Source: an uncultured Steroidobacteraceae bacterium
GTDB lineage: Bacteria; Pseudomonadota; Gammaproteobacteria; Steroidobacterales; Steroidobacteraceae
Assembly: GCA_964626745.1 (NCBI GenBank)
Contig: CAZVIF010000011.1
Span: 7,195-71,194, forward strand
Direction of reading: 5' to 3'
DNA length: 64,000 bases
In this document: piece after piece, positions 26,677 through 35,663 of the stretch
Layout: every line of letters begins with the position of its first letter
Position numbering within the stretch: position 1 is the stretch's first letter
Program-made: the position numbers and the translations under genes
Notes under the pieces: generated by a model
The model's database searches: none
What the model was told of the DNA's origin: nothing
What the model saw: only the letters and a program-made list of their open reading frames with translations

Positions 26677-27867
26677 ATGCAGAAAACCGTTGTCCTGCCG
26701 TTGATCCTTGTCGTGCTCGCCGGCTGCGGCGGCGGAAGTGGCGGCGGGAACGCCGGCACGCCGCCCCCGCCTCCGCCACCGCCGGTCGCGATCGACATGG
26801 ACGAGGTGCTGGACGACTTCATTGCCGCCAATCCCGAGATCTCCTCGCTCGCCATGCTGGCCGTCAAGGACGGCGAGATCGTTTACAGCCACACGGCCGG
26901 TTTCGCCGATGCCGCGCGCACGCGCGCGCCGACCGAGGCGACGCTCTACAAGACATCGTCGGTCGCGAAGCTCGTCATCGCGGTCGCGGTGATGCAGCAG
27001 GTCGAACTCGGCCTGCTGGACCTCGATGCCGACGTCGGCAACTACCTGCCGTTCGCGCTCCGCAATCCCGCGTTCCCGGACACGGTCATCACGGCCCGCA
27101 TGCTCCTGCAGCATGGCGCCGGACTCGGGCTGCCGGACTTCGGGCTCGTCTCCGACAAGCTTTTCGAGCCTTTCGACCCGTCCGTGGTCGTGCAGCTCCA
27201 CCCGCTGATCGAAGACGTGCTGACGCCGGGCAGCGCCGACTACCGGGATGCGATCTGGCTCCCCGGCGAACCGGGCACCATCCACCAGAACTCCAACATC
27301 GGCATGGTGTTGCTGGCCTGGATCGTCGAGCGCCTGTCCGGCATCCACTACATCGACTACGCGAAGACGTTCATCTTCCTGCCGCTCGGCATGACGGCCA
27401 CCAGCCATTACTTCCCCGACCTCGATCCCAATGAGGTCGCACCGCTGTTCAACACCGCCAACCAGCCGGTGGGCCAGTCCTCGACCTGGTTCTACCCGAT
27501 CTCGGGCCTGTTCACCTCCACCGGCGACTGGTCGCACTTCCTGCGCGCCATCCTCGCGGGCGGCACGTACAACGGTACGCGCATCCTCGAGCAGGCGTCG
27601 GTCGACGCCATGCTGGCGATGACCACGCCCGCCAACAACCAGCTCGCCTACCAGTCCAACATCGGCCTTGTCTGGCGCGAGGCCGCGGCCAACCCGGGCT
27701 GGTTCGGGCATACGGGCGCCGGCTCGCAGATGACCCACGTCACCGAGCTCAACCCGGCGACCGGCACGGGCTACGTGCTGTTCACGAACGAAGGGCTCAT
27801 CGACGCCCTGGTCGGCCCGGGGAGCGCGCTGAATCGCAGGATCCACGAGTGGCTGGACGATCTCTAG
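26677..27867 (+). CDS. beta-lactamase-fold serine hydrolase lipoprotein
   Basis: ATG 26677 has an AAGGGAG SD. A lipobox LAGC is followed by a Gly-rich and poly-Pro linker, then the SxxK motif (SVAK). Confidence 0.8.
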   Translation: MQKTVVLPLILVVLAGCGGGSGGGNAGTPPPPPPPPVAIDMDEVLDDFIAANPEISSLAMLAVKDGEIVYSHTAGFADAARTRAPTEATLYKTSSVAKLVIAVAVMQQVELGLLDLDADVGNYLPFALRNPAFPDTVITARMLLQHGAGLGLPDFGLVSDKLFEPFDPSVVVQLHPLIEDVLTPGSADYRDAIWLPGEPGTIHQNSNIGMVLLAWIVERLSGIHYIDYAKTFIFLPLGMTATSHYFPDLDPNEVAPLFNTANQPVGQSSTWFYPISGLFTSTGDWSHFLRAILAGGTYNGTRILEQASVDAMLAMTTPANNQLAYQSNIGLVWREAAANPGWFGHTGAGSQMTHVTELNPATGTGYVLFTNEGLIDALVGPGSALNRRIHEWLDDL

Positions 27868-27890
27868 GCACGCGGTATCATTCCGGGACT

Positions 27891-28514
27891 ATGCCCAAGC
27901 TCGTCCTCACCTACTTCGACTTCGACGGCAGCCGCGGCGAGACCGCGCGCATCGCCATGCACCTCGGCGGGATTTCCTTCGAGGACCGCCGAATCTCCCA
28001 AAAGGACTGGCCGTCACACCGGGACCGCATGCCGTTCCAGCAACTGCCGGTGCTGGAGGTGGATGGCATGCCGATCGCGCAGTCGAACACGATCAACCGC
28101 TATGTCGGCCGGCTCGCGGGCCTGTATCCGCAGGACGCGCTGCAGGCGGCCCGCGTGGACGAGGTGATGGACGCGGTCGAGGATATCTCGACGAGGATCG
28201 GCCAGACGATGCGCATCGAGGACGCCGCCGCCAAGAAGGCGGCGCGCGAGGCGCTGGCGGCGGGACCCCTGCTGCGCTACCTGCAGCAGATCGAGACGCG
28301 GCTGAAGGCAGGCGGCGGCGAGTGGTTCGCCGAGAACCGCCTGACCGTCGCCGACCTCAAGTGCTACTACTGGGTGCGCTGGCTGAAGTCCGGGGCGCTC
28401 GACCACATCCCCGCCGACATCGTGGACAAGCATGCGCCGCTGCTCGCGAAGCACTTCGAGCGCGTGAAGGCCCAGCCGAAAATCGCGGCCTATTACGCGG
28501 CGCGGGCGAAGTAG
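27891..28514 (+). CDS. glutathione S-transferase
   Basis: 207 aa from ATG 27891. The pattern is GST N- and C-terminal domains (MPKLVLTYFDFDGSRGETARI..., QLPVLEVDG). Confidence 0.8.
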   Translation: MPKLVLTYFDFDGSRGETARIAMHLGGISFEDRRISQKDWPSHRDRMPFQQLPVLEVDGMPIAQSNTINRYVGRLAGLYPQDALQAARVDEVMDAVEDISTRIGQTMRIEDAAAKKAAREALAAGPLLRYLQQIETRLKAGGGEWFAENRLTVADLKCYYWVRWLKSGALDHIPADIVDKHAPLLAKHFERVKAQPKIAAYYAARAK

Positions 28515-28538
28515 CCCCGCTCCGCGAGCGCCGCTCGC

Positions 28539-30134
28539 TCAGCGCTCTCGCTTCGCGTCCCTGATCACCCGCGCCGCCGCGTTCCGCCCCGGCGCGCCGG
28601 ACACCGCGCCGCCCGGGTGCGCGCCGGATCCGCAGAGGTAGAGCCCCGGCACCGGCGTCGCGAACTGCGCCGCCTGCGGATGCGGCCGCAGGCCGAAGAT
28701 CTGGTCGAGGTCGTGGCGGCCGTGGAAGATGTCGCCCTCCGTCAGGCCGAACACGCGCTCGAGGTCGAGCGGCGTCAGGAACTGGCGGCCGACGATCAGC
28801 CGGCGCAGGTTCGGCATGAAACGCTCCAGTTCGGACACGACCCGCTCCGCTACGGAGGGTCCGACAGTGTCCCAGTCCTGCCCGTCCGCGAGCCGGTACG
28901 GGTAGTACTTCCCGATCAGGCTCATGACATGGTGCCCGGGCGGTGCAAGCGTGTCGTCGATCGCCGAGGGGATGCGGATGTCCAGGTACGGCACGTCGAT
29001 GATCCGCCCGGCGAGCGCGGCGCGATAATTCTCCTCGATCTGCGCGCGCATCGGGAAGATCGTGATCGAGCCGCCGCGGGCAAGCTCCGCCTCCGCGCCT
29101 GACAGCGCCGCGAACTCCGGCGCGCCCGACAGCGCGAGGTTCATGCGCAGCGTCGCATGGCCCATGCGCAGCCGCTCGATGCCGTCCGCGAACCCCTCCG
29201 GCAGGTGCTCGCGGCCCACGAACTTCAGGAACGTGCGCTTCGGGTCGGTGTTGGCGAGCAGGAACCGCGCGCGGAACACTTCGCCGTTCTCGATCCGCAC
29301 GCCGACTGCCCGGCCGCCCTCCACCAGGATGCGCTCGACCGGCGCGCCGGCGCGGTACTCGACGCCGTGCGCGCGGCCGGACGCCGCCATGGCCTGCGTG
29401 ATCGCGCCCATGCCGCCGCGGGCGTGGCCCCAGGCGCCGCGCTCGCCCTCGAACTCGCCGAGCGCGTGATGGAAGTACGGGATGGCCGAGCCCGGCGCGT
29501 CCAGGCTCGCGAAGTTGCCGGACACGCAGTGACCGGCCATCAGGTTGCGCATGGCTTCGCTCTCGAACCAGCGCTCGGTGATCTCGTTCGCGGGGGCCGT
29601 CATGAACTGCATGAAGAGGTGGCGATCCTCGAGCGCGAGGCCGCGGAACTCGCGCGCCGCGGGCCACAGCGCCAGCAGGTCCAGGACCCCGCCGCCCAGC
29701 GCGGGGGGCGGCTTCAGCCACTGCGCGCGGATCACCTCGCCGATGCGGTCGGTCGCGGCGTAGAAGCGCTGCATGGCATCGTAATCACGCGGCGAAAAGC
29801 GGCCCACGGCGGCGCGATCCTGCGCCTCGTCGCCGGTCATCAGCAGCGCGCGCCCGTCCTGGAAGAGACTGAGATGCGCGTGCATCTTCACCGGCTCATA
29901 GCCGTAGCGCTTGAGCTCCAGTTCCTCGATCACCTCCGGCCGCAGCAGGCTTACCGTGTAGGAGGCGACGGAGTTGCGATAGCCGGGATGGAACTCCTCG
30001 GTCACCGCGGCGCCGCCCAGCACGGGCCGGCGCTCGAGCACCACGGTCTTGAGGCCCGCGCGGCCGAGGTAGGCCGCAGCGGTGAGCCCGTTGTGGCCGC
30101 CGCCGATGACGATTGCGTCGTACGCTGCGCTCAT
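28539..30134 (-). CDS. NAD(P)/FAD-dependent oxidoreductase, phytoene desaturase (CrtI)-like family
   Basis: 531 aa. The dinucleotide motif is YDAIVIGGGHNGLTAAAYLGRAG...LERRPVLGG. It is the last gene of the minus-strand array. Confidence 0.85.
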   Translation of the reverse strand: MSAAYDAIVIGGGHNGLTAAAYLGRAGLKTVVLERRPVLGGAAVTEEFHPGYRNSVASYTVSLLRPEVIEELELKRYGYEPVKMHAHLSLFQDGRALLMTGDEAQDRAAVGRFSPRDYDAMQRFYAATDRIGEVIRAQWLKPPPALGGGVLDLLALWPAAREFRGLALEDRHLFMQFMTAPANEITERWFESEAMRNLMAGHCVSGNFASLDAPGSAIPYFHHALGEFEGERGAWGHARGGMGAITQAMAASGRAHGVEYRAGAPVERILVEGGRAVGVRIENGEVFRARFLLANTDPKRTFLKFVGREHLPEGFADGIERLRMGHATLRMNLALSGAPEFAALSGAEAELARGGSITIFPMRAQIEENYRAALAGRIIDVPYLDIRIPSAIDDTLAPPGHHVMSLIGKYYPYRLADGQDWDTVGPSVAERVVSELERFMPNLRRLIVGRQFLTPLDLERVFGLTEGDIFHGRHDLDQIFGLRPHPQAAQFATPVPGLYLCGSGAHPGGAVSGAPGRNAAARVIRDAKRER

Positions 30135-30145
30135 GGCGGGTCGGA

Positions 30146-30925
30146 TCAGCGCGGCCTGCGCGCCCGCGTGTATCCCTGCCGCAGCTCGCCCTTCTCGCAG
30201 ACGACGACCAGCGACCGCCAGTCCTCGATCATGTGTGCGGCCTGCGCTTCGCCGATCAGCGCGACGGCCTCGGGCCGGCCCGCTCCGCGCATCCTTTCAT
30301 ACTCGCGGCGCGACTCGCGCCGGTACCAGTCCGAGGCATCCTCCAGCGTGACGTCCGTGAATCCCGCGTCCTCGAGGTAGCGGCCGAGCTGCGCCAGCGT
30401 GATCAGGTTGTAGGTCAGCCCTTCCATCTTGAAGAAGTACCGCATGTCGTCGCTGATCGGCGCGTCGTTCTTCAGCCAGTCGTAGCAGGTCAGCATGCCG
30501 CCGGGCTTCAGCACCCTCAGGCACTCGGCGGCGATGCCGGCCTTGTCCTCGGTCTGCGTCAGCGCACCCGAGGTGAACACGAGGTCGAAGCTGCGGTCCG
30601 GAAAGGGCAGGTCGCCGAGCGTGACGGTCCGGAACTCCGTCTGCTCCGACAGCCCGAGTTCCGCGGCGCGGCGCGTCGCCCGCGCGATGAGCTGCGGCTC
30701 GAGGTCGATGCCGGTGACCTCCGCGCCGTACTTGCGCGCGAGCGCGAACGCCGGCCCGCCGATGCCGCAGCCGATGTCGAGCACGCGCCGGCCGGCCAGC
30801 TCGATCCCGGCGACCATCTTGTCGACGTTGCCCTCGCCGCCGGGCGCCATGTAGTCGCGTCCCCAGATCCACTCCAGGAACGCGACCATGGAATCGTGGT
30901 ACTCGCTGACGTGTGGCTCGCTCAC
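30146..30925 (-). CDS. class I SAM-dependent methyltransferase, phosphoethanolamine N-methyltransferase-like
   Basis: GTG 30925 overlaps the upstream stop (GTGA). SAM motif I is RVLDIGCGIGG. The domain is colinear with PEAMT methyltransferase domains (FLEWIWG...GG, LKPGG..YDW, LEDAGFTDV, GELRQGY). Confidence 0.75.
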   Translation of the reverse strand: MSEPHVSEYHDSMVAFLEWIWGRDYMAPGGEGNVDKMVAGIELAGRRVLDIGCGIGGPAFALARKYGAEVTGIDLEPQLIARATRRAAELGLSEQTEFRTVTLGDLPFPDRSFDLVFTSGALTQTEDKAGIAAECLRVLKPGGMLTCYDWLKNDAPISDDMRYFFKMEGLTYNLITLAQLGRYLEDAGFTDVTLEDASDWYRRESRREYERMRGAGRPEAVALIGEAQAAHMIEDWRSLVVVCEKGELRQGYTRARRPR

Positions 30926-32274
30926 GCGACCGCCCGGACCGCGGCGAGCGCCGCGTCGACCTCGCGCTCGTCGTTGACCAGGCTCGGCGCCAGGCGCGCC
31001 TTCGAGATCTTGTACGGCGAGGTCGAGGCCAGCACCTTGCGCTGATGCAGCGCATGCACCGTCTCGCCCGCCTTCTGCCCGTCCACCTCGAAGCAGGTGA
31101 TGCCGGCCGACAGCGCGGGAACCATGGGCGTGAGCACCTTCACGCCCGGGATCTTCGCGAGGCCTTCCTTGAGCTGGCTGTTGAGCGCGGCGATGCGGCC
31201 CGCGATGCGTTCGCGGCCGATGCGCTCGTGGAAATCGAAAGCCTCGCCCATCGCCCACTGGTGCTCGAAGGCCTTGAAGCCGCCGGGCGAGATCCAGGCG
31301 ATGCTGTCGGGCGCGTTCGGCGGGCGCTGGTCCTCCCACGCGGCGTAGGGCTCGAGCGCGTAGAAAGTCGGGATCGTGGGACTCAGCAGGCCCCAGTTCT
31401 TCTGCGGCACCCAGACGATGCCCGTGCCGCGCGGCGCGAAGATCCACTTGTGCGTGCCGGCAGCCACGAAGTCGGCGCCGAGGTCCGCGATGCGCTCGGC
31501 CTGGTTGCCGAAGCCGTGCACGGCGTCGAGCACGACGAGGATGCGGTCCCTGTCGCCGCGGCCCGCGTTGACCTCGGCGACGGCCTGCGTCAGCGCGCGC
31601 GCCGGGATCTTCACGCCGCTGCTCGAGTGCACCCAGGTGATGCCGACGACGCGCGTCTTCGGCCCGATGGCGCGCTTGAGATTCGCGACCATCTCGTCCG
31701 CCGTGGCGCTCGCCGAATCCGCGTACAGCGGCTCGCGCCGCCAGGACGCGCCGGACTTCTCCGCCGCCAGGCGGATCGCCTCGTGATGCACGTAGTGGTC
31801 GTGCGTCGTGCACAGGATCTCGTCGCCGGGCTTCAGGGCTAGGCCCATATAAATGAGTGCGAGCCCCTGGGTCGTGCTGTCGGTGAGCGCGATCTCCTCG
31901 GGCTTGCCGCCCGCGTAGGTCGCGGCCTTGCGCTGCGCCTGCAGCGGCAGCGGCTCGTCGCGCGACTCGGCGCCGAGGAACACGTCGAAGCCCATGCCGT
32001 GCTCGACCGTCGTGAACGGGTTCCTGTCGAGCAGGCCCCGATGCCGCTCGATCGCCTCCCGCACCGGCTTCGGGTGCGAGACGATGTAGAACTGCGAGAA
32101 GTGCAGCCACTCCGGCGTCAGCAGGTCGAACTGCGCCTTCACCGCGGCCCAGTCGGAGGCGGCGTGGACGGCAGGCGTCGCGGCGGCGGCTTCGGCCGCA
32201 GCCGCGCGCGATACCGCGCCACCGACCAGCGACAGGCCTATGGTCGCGACGAATTCCCGGCGGTTCAGGCTCAT
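30922..32274 (-). CDS. Tat-signal class V PLP-dependent aminotransferase/lyase-like enzyme
   Basis: ATG 32274 has a GGGAGA SD, followed by twin-arginine leader MSLNRREFVATIGLSLVGGAVSRAAAAEA. The PLP-lysine motif GTHKW is present. Confidence 0.8.
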   Translation of the reverse strand: MSLNRREFVATIGLSLVGGAVSRAAAAEAAAATPAVHAASDWAAVKAQFDLLTPEWLHFSQFYIVSHPKPVREAIERHRGLLDRNPFTTVEHGMGFDVFLGAESRDEPLPLQAQRKAATYAGGKPEEIALTDSTTQGLALIYMGLALKPGDEILCTTHDHYVHHEAIRLAAEKSGASWRREPLYADSASATADEMVANLKRAIGPKTRVVGITWVHSSSGVKIPARALTQAVAEVNAGRGDRDRILVVLDAVHGFGNQAERIADLGADFVAAGTHKWIFAPRGTGIVWVPQKNWGLLSPTIPTFYALEPYAAWEDQRPPNAPDSIAWISPGGFKAFEHQWAMGEAFDFHERIGRERIAGRIAALNSQLKEGLAKIPGVKVLTPMVPALSAGITCFEVDGQKAGETVHALHQRKVLASTSPYKISKARLAPSLVNDEREVDAALAAVRAVA

Positions 32275-32306
32275 GAGGCGGTCTCCCTGGTGAAACGCGT
32301 TTCTGT

Positions 32307-34667
32307 CTACACCCGCGCCAGCGCGCGGTCGAGTCCCTCGAGCAGCATCGCTGCGTGCTCCGGCGTGAACACCAGCGGCGGCCGGATCTTGACGACGTTG
32401 TTGAAAGCGCCCGTGCGCCCGAGCAGGAAACCGTCGTCGCGCAGCAGGTTCATGATGCGGTCGGCCTCCGCTTCGGCCGGGGCGCGCGTCGCGTGGTCGC
32501 GCACGATCTCGAGTCCCCAGAACAGGCCCTTGCCGCGCACGTCCGCGACCAGCGGGTACCTGCCGGCGAGCTTCGCGAGCCCCGCCTCCAGCACCTGGCC
32601 CGCCGCGATGACGTTCTGCTGGATGCCCTCGCGCTCGAGCACGTCGAGCACCGCCAGACCCACCGCGGCGGACACCGGGTTGCCGCCGAAGGTGTTGAAG
32701 TACGAGAACTTCTCCGCGAACTTCGCCGCGATCGCCGGCGTCGTGATCACCGCGCCGATCGGGTGACCATCTCCGATCGGTTTCCCCAGGGCGACAATGT
32801 CCGGAACAACGTCGGAGTAGCGGAACGCCCACATCTCGTCGCCGGTGCGGTAGAAGCCCGACTGCACCTCGTCGGCGATGAACAGGCCGCCCGCCGCGCG
32901 GATCGCTCGGACGGTGTACTCGAGATAACCTGGTGGCGGCAGGATCGTGCCGTTCGAGTCGAAGATGATGTCGCACAGCCACGCCGCCGCACCCTGCCCG
33001 CGCTGCTGCAGCTTCGCGATCGCCGTGTCGATGTGGGCCGCGTACTTCAGTCCGAGGTCCGGCGTGCCGTAGCGGTACTCGCCGCGGTAGCCGTTCGGCG
33101 CCGGCACGGTCGCGATCCACTCGGGCTGCTCCGACGCCGGGTACATGCAGGTCGAGGCCGCGCCGACCACGTTCGAGTTGCCGTGGTAGGAGTCGTCGGA
33201 GACGATCACGCCCTCGTGGCCGCTGACCACGCGCGCGATGCGGATCGCGAGGTCGTTGGCTTCCGTGCCCGTGCAGACGAAATAGCAGACGCGCAGGTCT
33301 CCCGGGAACGTGGCGGCCAGGCGCTCGGCGTAGCGAACGACGTTGTCGTGGAGGTAGCGGGTGTGCGTGTTGAGCGTCGCCGCCTGTCGCGCAAGCGCGC
33401 CGACCACGTGCGGGTGGCAGTGGCCCACCGAGGCGACGTTGTTGTAGCAGTCGAGGTAGCGGCGGCCCTCGGCGTCGAAGAGCCAGGCCCCCTCGCCGCG
33501 CACCAGGTGCACCGGGCGGTCGTAGAACAGCCGATAGCTAGGTCCCAGCGCCCGCTCGCGCCGCTCGCGCAGCCGCTCGAGGTCGACGCCCGACGGGGCG
33601 CGGCCGACGCGGCCGCAGGCGGCTCGGTAGCGCTCGTGCACCTCGTCGCGGTCGAACGCGAGAAACCGCGTCAGCGCGCGCACGATGTCCGGACGCTCCT
33701 GCGTCAGCCAGGCGGCCGGCTGCTCGGTCGCGTGGATGCGGAAGTCGTACAGCGCAAGCGCGGTCGCAAGCCGCAGCAGCGTGAGGTCGTGCAGCACCTC
33801 GAGCTCGTCGTCCATGAGCGGCACGACGGCGTTCCACGCCTCCACCTGCGCCACCGCGTTCTCCAGCGACATCTCGCCGTGCCGCGCGAAGCTCGCAAGC
33901 GTCACCGCAAGGTCCTGGACCAGCGGCGCATGCACCATGTCGCCGAAGTCGATGACGCCGACGATCTCGTCGCCGTCCGTTCCCGCGCGCAGCAGGTTGT
34001 CGCCGTGCCCATCGCTGTGCACGACCTGCGCGCGCAGGCCGGGCAGCCTCGGCAGCACCTCGCTTCCCGCGCGCCCGAGGAAGCCCGCCAGGAGCGCCTT
34101 CGCGTCGTCCGCAACCCAGGCCTGGATGCCGGGCTCCAGCAGCAGGCCGCGCTGCAGGTCCCAGGCCACGAAATGCCGCGCGTGCGGATGGAAGAGGCCG
34201 CGCAGCCCGTGCGCGAGCCGCGCCTGGAAGGCCGCGACGCTGCGCAGCGTGGCGGTCGTGAGGGGCTTGCCTTTCGACAGCGGAATGCCCGGCAGCCAGC
34301 TCAGCAGCCGCACCATGTGTCGCGTGCCGTCGGCGGCCGCGATCCACTCGCGGTCGTTGCCCGCCTGTGAGGCGATCACGCGCGGCACCGGCAGCTCCGG
34401 CGCCTGGCGCTCCAGGTGCCGGAGCGCCGCGACCTGGAAGTCCACGGCGCCCTCGCTCTCGCCCGCCGCCGAAACCTTCAGCACGAAGCTCGCGCCGTCC
34501 GCGGTCGTCACGCGGTGGTTCTGGTCACGCTCGCCGTCGAGGGGCGTGGACTGGCCCTGGACACCCCAGCGTTCGCGCGCGAACGCGGCCAGCCGCTCTA
34601 GGGGAATCTGCGGGGGATTGAAGTTCAGGTCGACGGCGCTGAACCGCGGCTGCAGGGCGACATTCAT
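32307..34667 (-). CDS. fusion protein: APH/hydroxylysine-kinase-like phosphotransferase + class III PLP enzyme of the phospholyase (ETNPPL/PHYKPL-like) type
   Basis: 786 aa. The N-terminal half has kinase motifs VVHSDGHGDNLL (HxDxxxxN) and IDFGD. The C-terminal half has YHGNS, DEVQSGFYRTG and GKPIGDGHPIG (PLP Lys). Confidence 0.85.
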   Translation of the reverse strand: MNVALQPRFSAVDLNFNPPQIPLERLAAFARERWGVQGQSTPLDGERDQNHRVTTADGASFVLKVSAAGESEGAVDFQVAALRHLERQAPELPVPRVIASQAGNDREWIAAADGTRHMVRLLSWLPGIPLSKGKPLTTATLRSVAAFQARLAHGLRGLFHPHARHFVAWDLQRGLLLEPGIQAWVADDAKALLAGFLGRAGSEVLPRLPGLRAQVVHSDGHGDNLLRAGTDGDEIVGVIDFGDMVHAPLVQDLAVTLASFARHGEMSLENAVAQVEAWNAVVPLMDDELEVLHDLTLLRLATALALYDFRIHATEQPAAWLTQERPDIVRALTRFLAFDRDEVHERYRAACGRVGRAPSGVDLERLRERRERALGPSYRLFYDRPVHLVRGEGAWLFDAEGRRYLDCYNNVASVGHCHPHVVGALARQAATLNTHTRYLHDNVVRYAERLAATFPGDLRVCYFVCTGTEANDLAIRIARVVSGHEGVIVSDDSYHGNSNVVGAASTCMYPASEQPEWIATVPAPNGYRGEYRYGTPDLGLKYAAHIDTAIAKLQQRGQGAAAWLCDIIFDSNGTILPPPGYLEYTVRAIRAAGGLFIADEVQSGFYRTGDEMWAFRYSDVVPDIVALGKPIGDGHPIGAVITTPAIAAKFAEKFSYFNTFGGNPVSAAVGLAVLDVLEREGIQQNVIAAGQVLEAGLAKLAGRYPLVADVRGKGLFWGLEIVRDHATRAPAEAEADRIMNLLRDDGFLLGRTGAFNNVVKIRPPLVFTPEHAAMLLEGLDRALARV

Positions 34668-34675
34668 GCGCTGGG

Positions 34676-34681
34676 ATTATA
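34676..34681 (-). promoter_or_regulatory. perfect TATAAT hexamer 8 nt upstream of the ATG at 34667 (possible internal promoter, leaderless start)
   Basis: The minus strand reads TGA-C-TATAAT-CCCAGCGC-ATG between the FHA gene stop and the fusion gene start. No Shine-Dalgarno is visible. Confidence 0.2.
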
Positions 34682-34682
34682 G

Positions 34683-35663
34683 TCAGTCGCCCGCATCCGC
34701 GAGCGGCGCCTCGAGCAGCGAGCGCTGGCGCTCGCGCCCGGCTTCGCGCCGCAGCCGCTCGACCTCCGCGAGGTAGTCGGCAATGTCCCGGTTCGGCACC
34801 ACGCGCGCGACCCCGATCCGCACGTCCGGGCCGAGGTCCACGCGGTTGACGTCGCTCGTGGTCATGCCGAGCGTCGCGACCCAGGCGACGGCGCTGATGA
34901 GGACCGTCCCCGCGCCCGCGAGCGCGAGCGAGATCCGGCGTCCGTACGCGGTCGCCTCGCGCAGGTGCAGGTACAGCGCGGCCAGCGCCGTCGCGCCGAC
35001 GACGGCGATGCCGACCCGGGCGAGCACGGACCATTGCGCCGTGTAGGCCACGAGCCCCGCCACCCAGTAGCCCCAGGCGCAGAAAGCGACGCCGATGGCG
35101 GCGATCGCGAGGTGGATCCGCACCTCCCACTTGCCCTTGTTGAGCTTCGACAGCAGGCACCAGCCGGCGGTCCAGACGGCGAGCACGCCGAGCGCGACGA
35201 GCGCACCCGCCAGCAGGCTCGGAAGCAGCGATGACGGCGCGCCGAGCCACTGCTGCAAGCCCGCGAAGGCGAGGCAGGCCGCGACGCCCGCCGCCGCGAG
35301 CCAGCTGCGGTGCCGGCGCACGAACTCGCGCCGGAACACGCGCTCGGGACCGAGCGGCGTGTGCCGCGTGCGCACGTGCAGCCTCGTGCGACCGACGATG
35401 ATCTCGCCCTGCGCGATGACCGCGCCGCCGTCCGCCGGCACGCGGCGGCCGTCGACCCGGGTGCCGTTCTTCGTGCCGAGATCCTCAACGCGCACGCGCC
35501 CGTCCTCGAGCAGCGTCAGCCGCGCGTGCCGCGGCGCGGCGTGCTCGTCGTCCACCACGATCTCGCAGCCGAGGTCCCGGCCAATGCAGCACTCGGCGCC
35601 CGCCCCTGCAAGGCGCTGCTGCAGGATCGGGTGGCCCTGCGGCCCGATCTGCTCGATGAGCAT
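34683..35663 (-). CDS. FHA domain-containing polytopic membrane protein
   Basis: ATG 35663 overlaps the protease stop (ATGA). The N-terminal FHA domain (CCIGRDLGCEIVVDDEHAAPRHARL...GTKNGTRVDG) is followed by about five TM helices. Confidence 0.8.
   Translation of the reverse strand: MLIEQIGPQGHPILQQRLAGAGAECCIGRDLGCEIVVDDEHAAPRHARLTLLEDGRVRVEDLGTKNGTRVDGRRVPADGGAVIAQGEIIVGRTRLHVRTRHTPLGPERVFRREFVRRHRSWLAAAGVAACLAFAGLQQWLGAPSSLLPSLLAGALVALGVLAVWTAGWCLLSKLNKGKWEVRIHLAIAAIGVAFCAWGYWVAGLVAYTAQWSVLARVGIAVVGATALAALYLHLREATAYGRRISLALAGAGTVLISAVAWVATLGMTTSDVNRVDLGPDVRIGVARVVPNRDIADYLAEVERLRREAGRERQRSLLEAPLADAGD

Noticed and set aside
26730-26790. GC-rich low-complexity repeats (GGCGG/CCGCC runs), also at 50170..50230. 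I considered them as tandem repeats or recombination hot spots.
   Set aside because: They are in frame and encode the Gly-rich and poly-Pro tethers directly after the lipobox cysteines of two lipoproteins. They are ordinary linker sequences.
28515-28538. Palindrome GCGAGCG-C-CGCTCGC between the convergent GST and FAD-oxidoreductase genes, considered as a terminator.
   Set aside because: The loop is too small for a stable hairpin and there is no T-tract. It cannot be distinguished from chance GC-rich symmetry.
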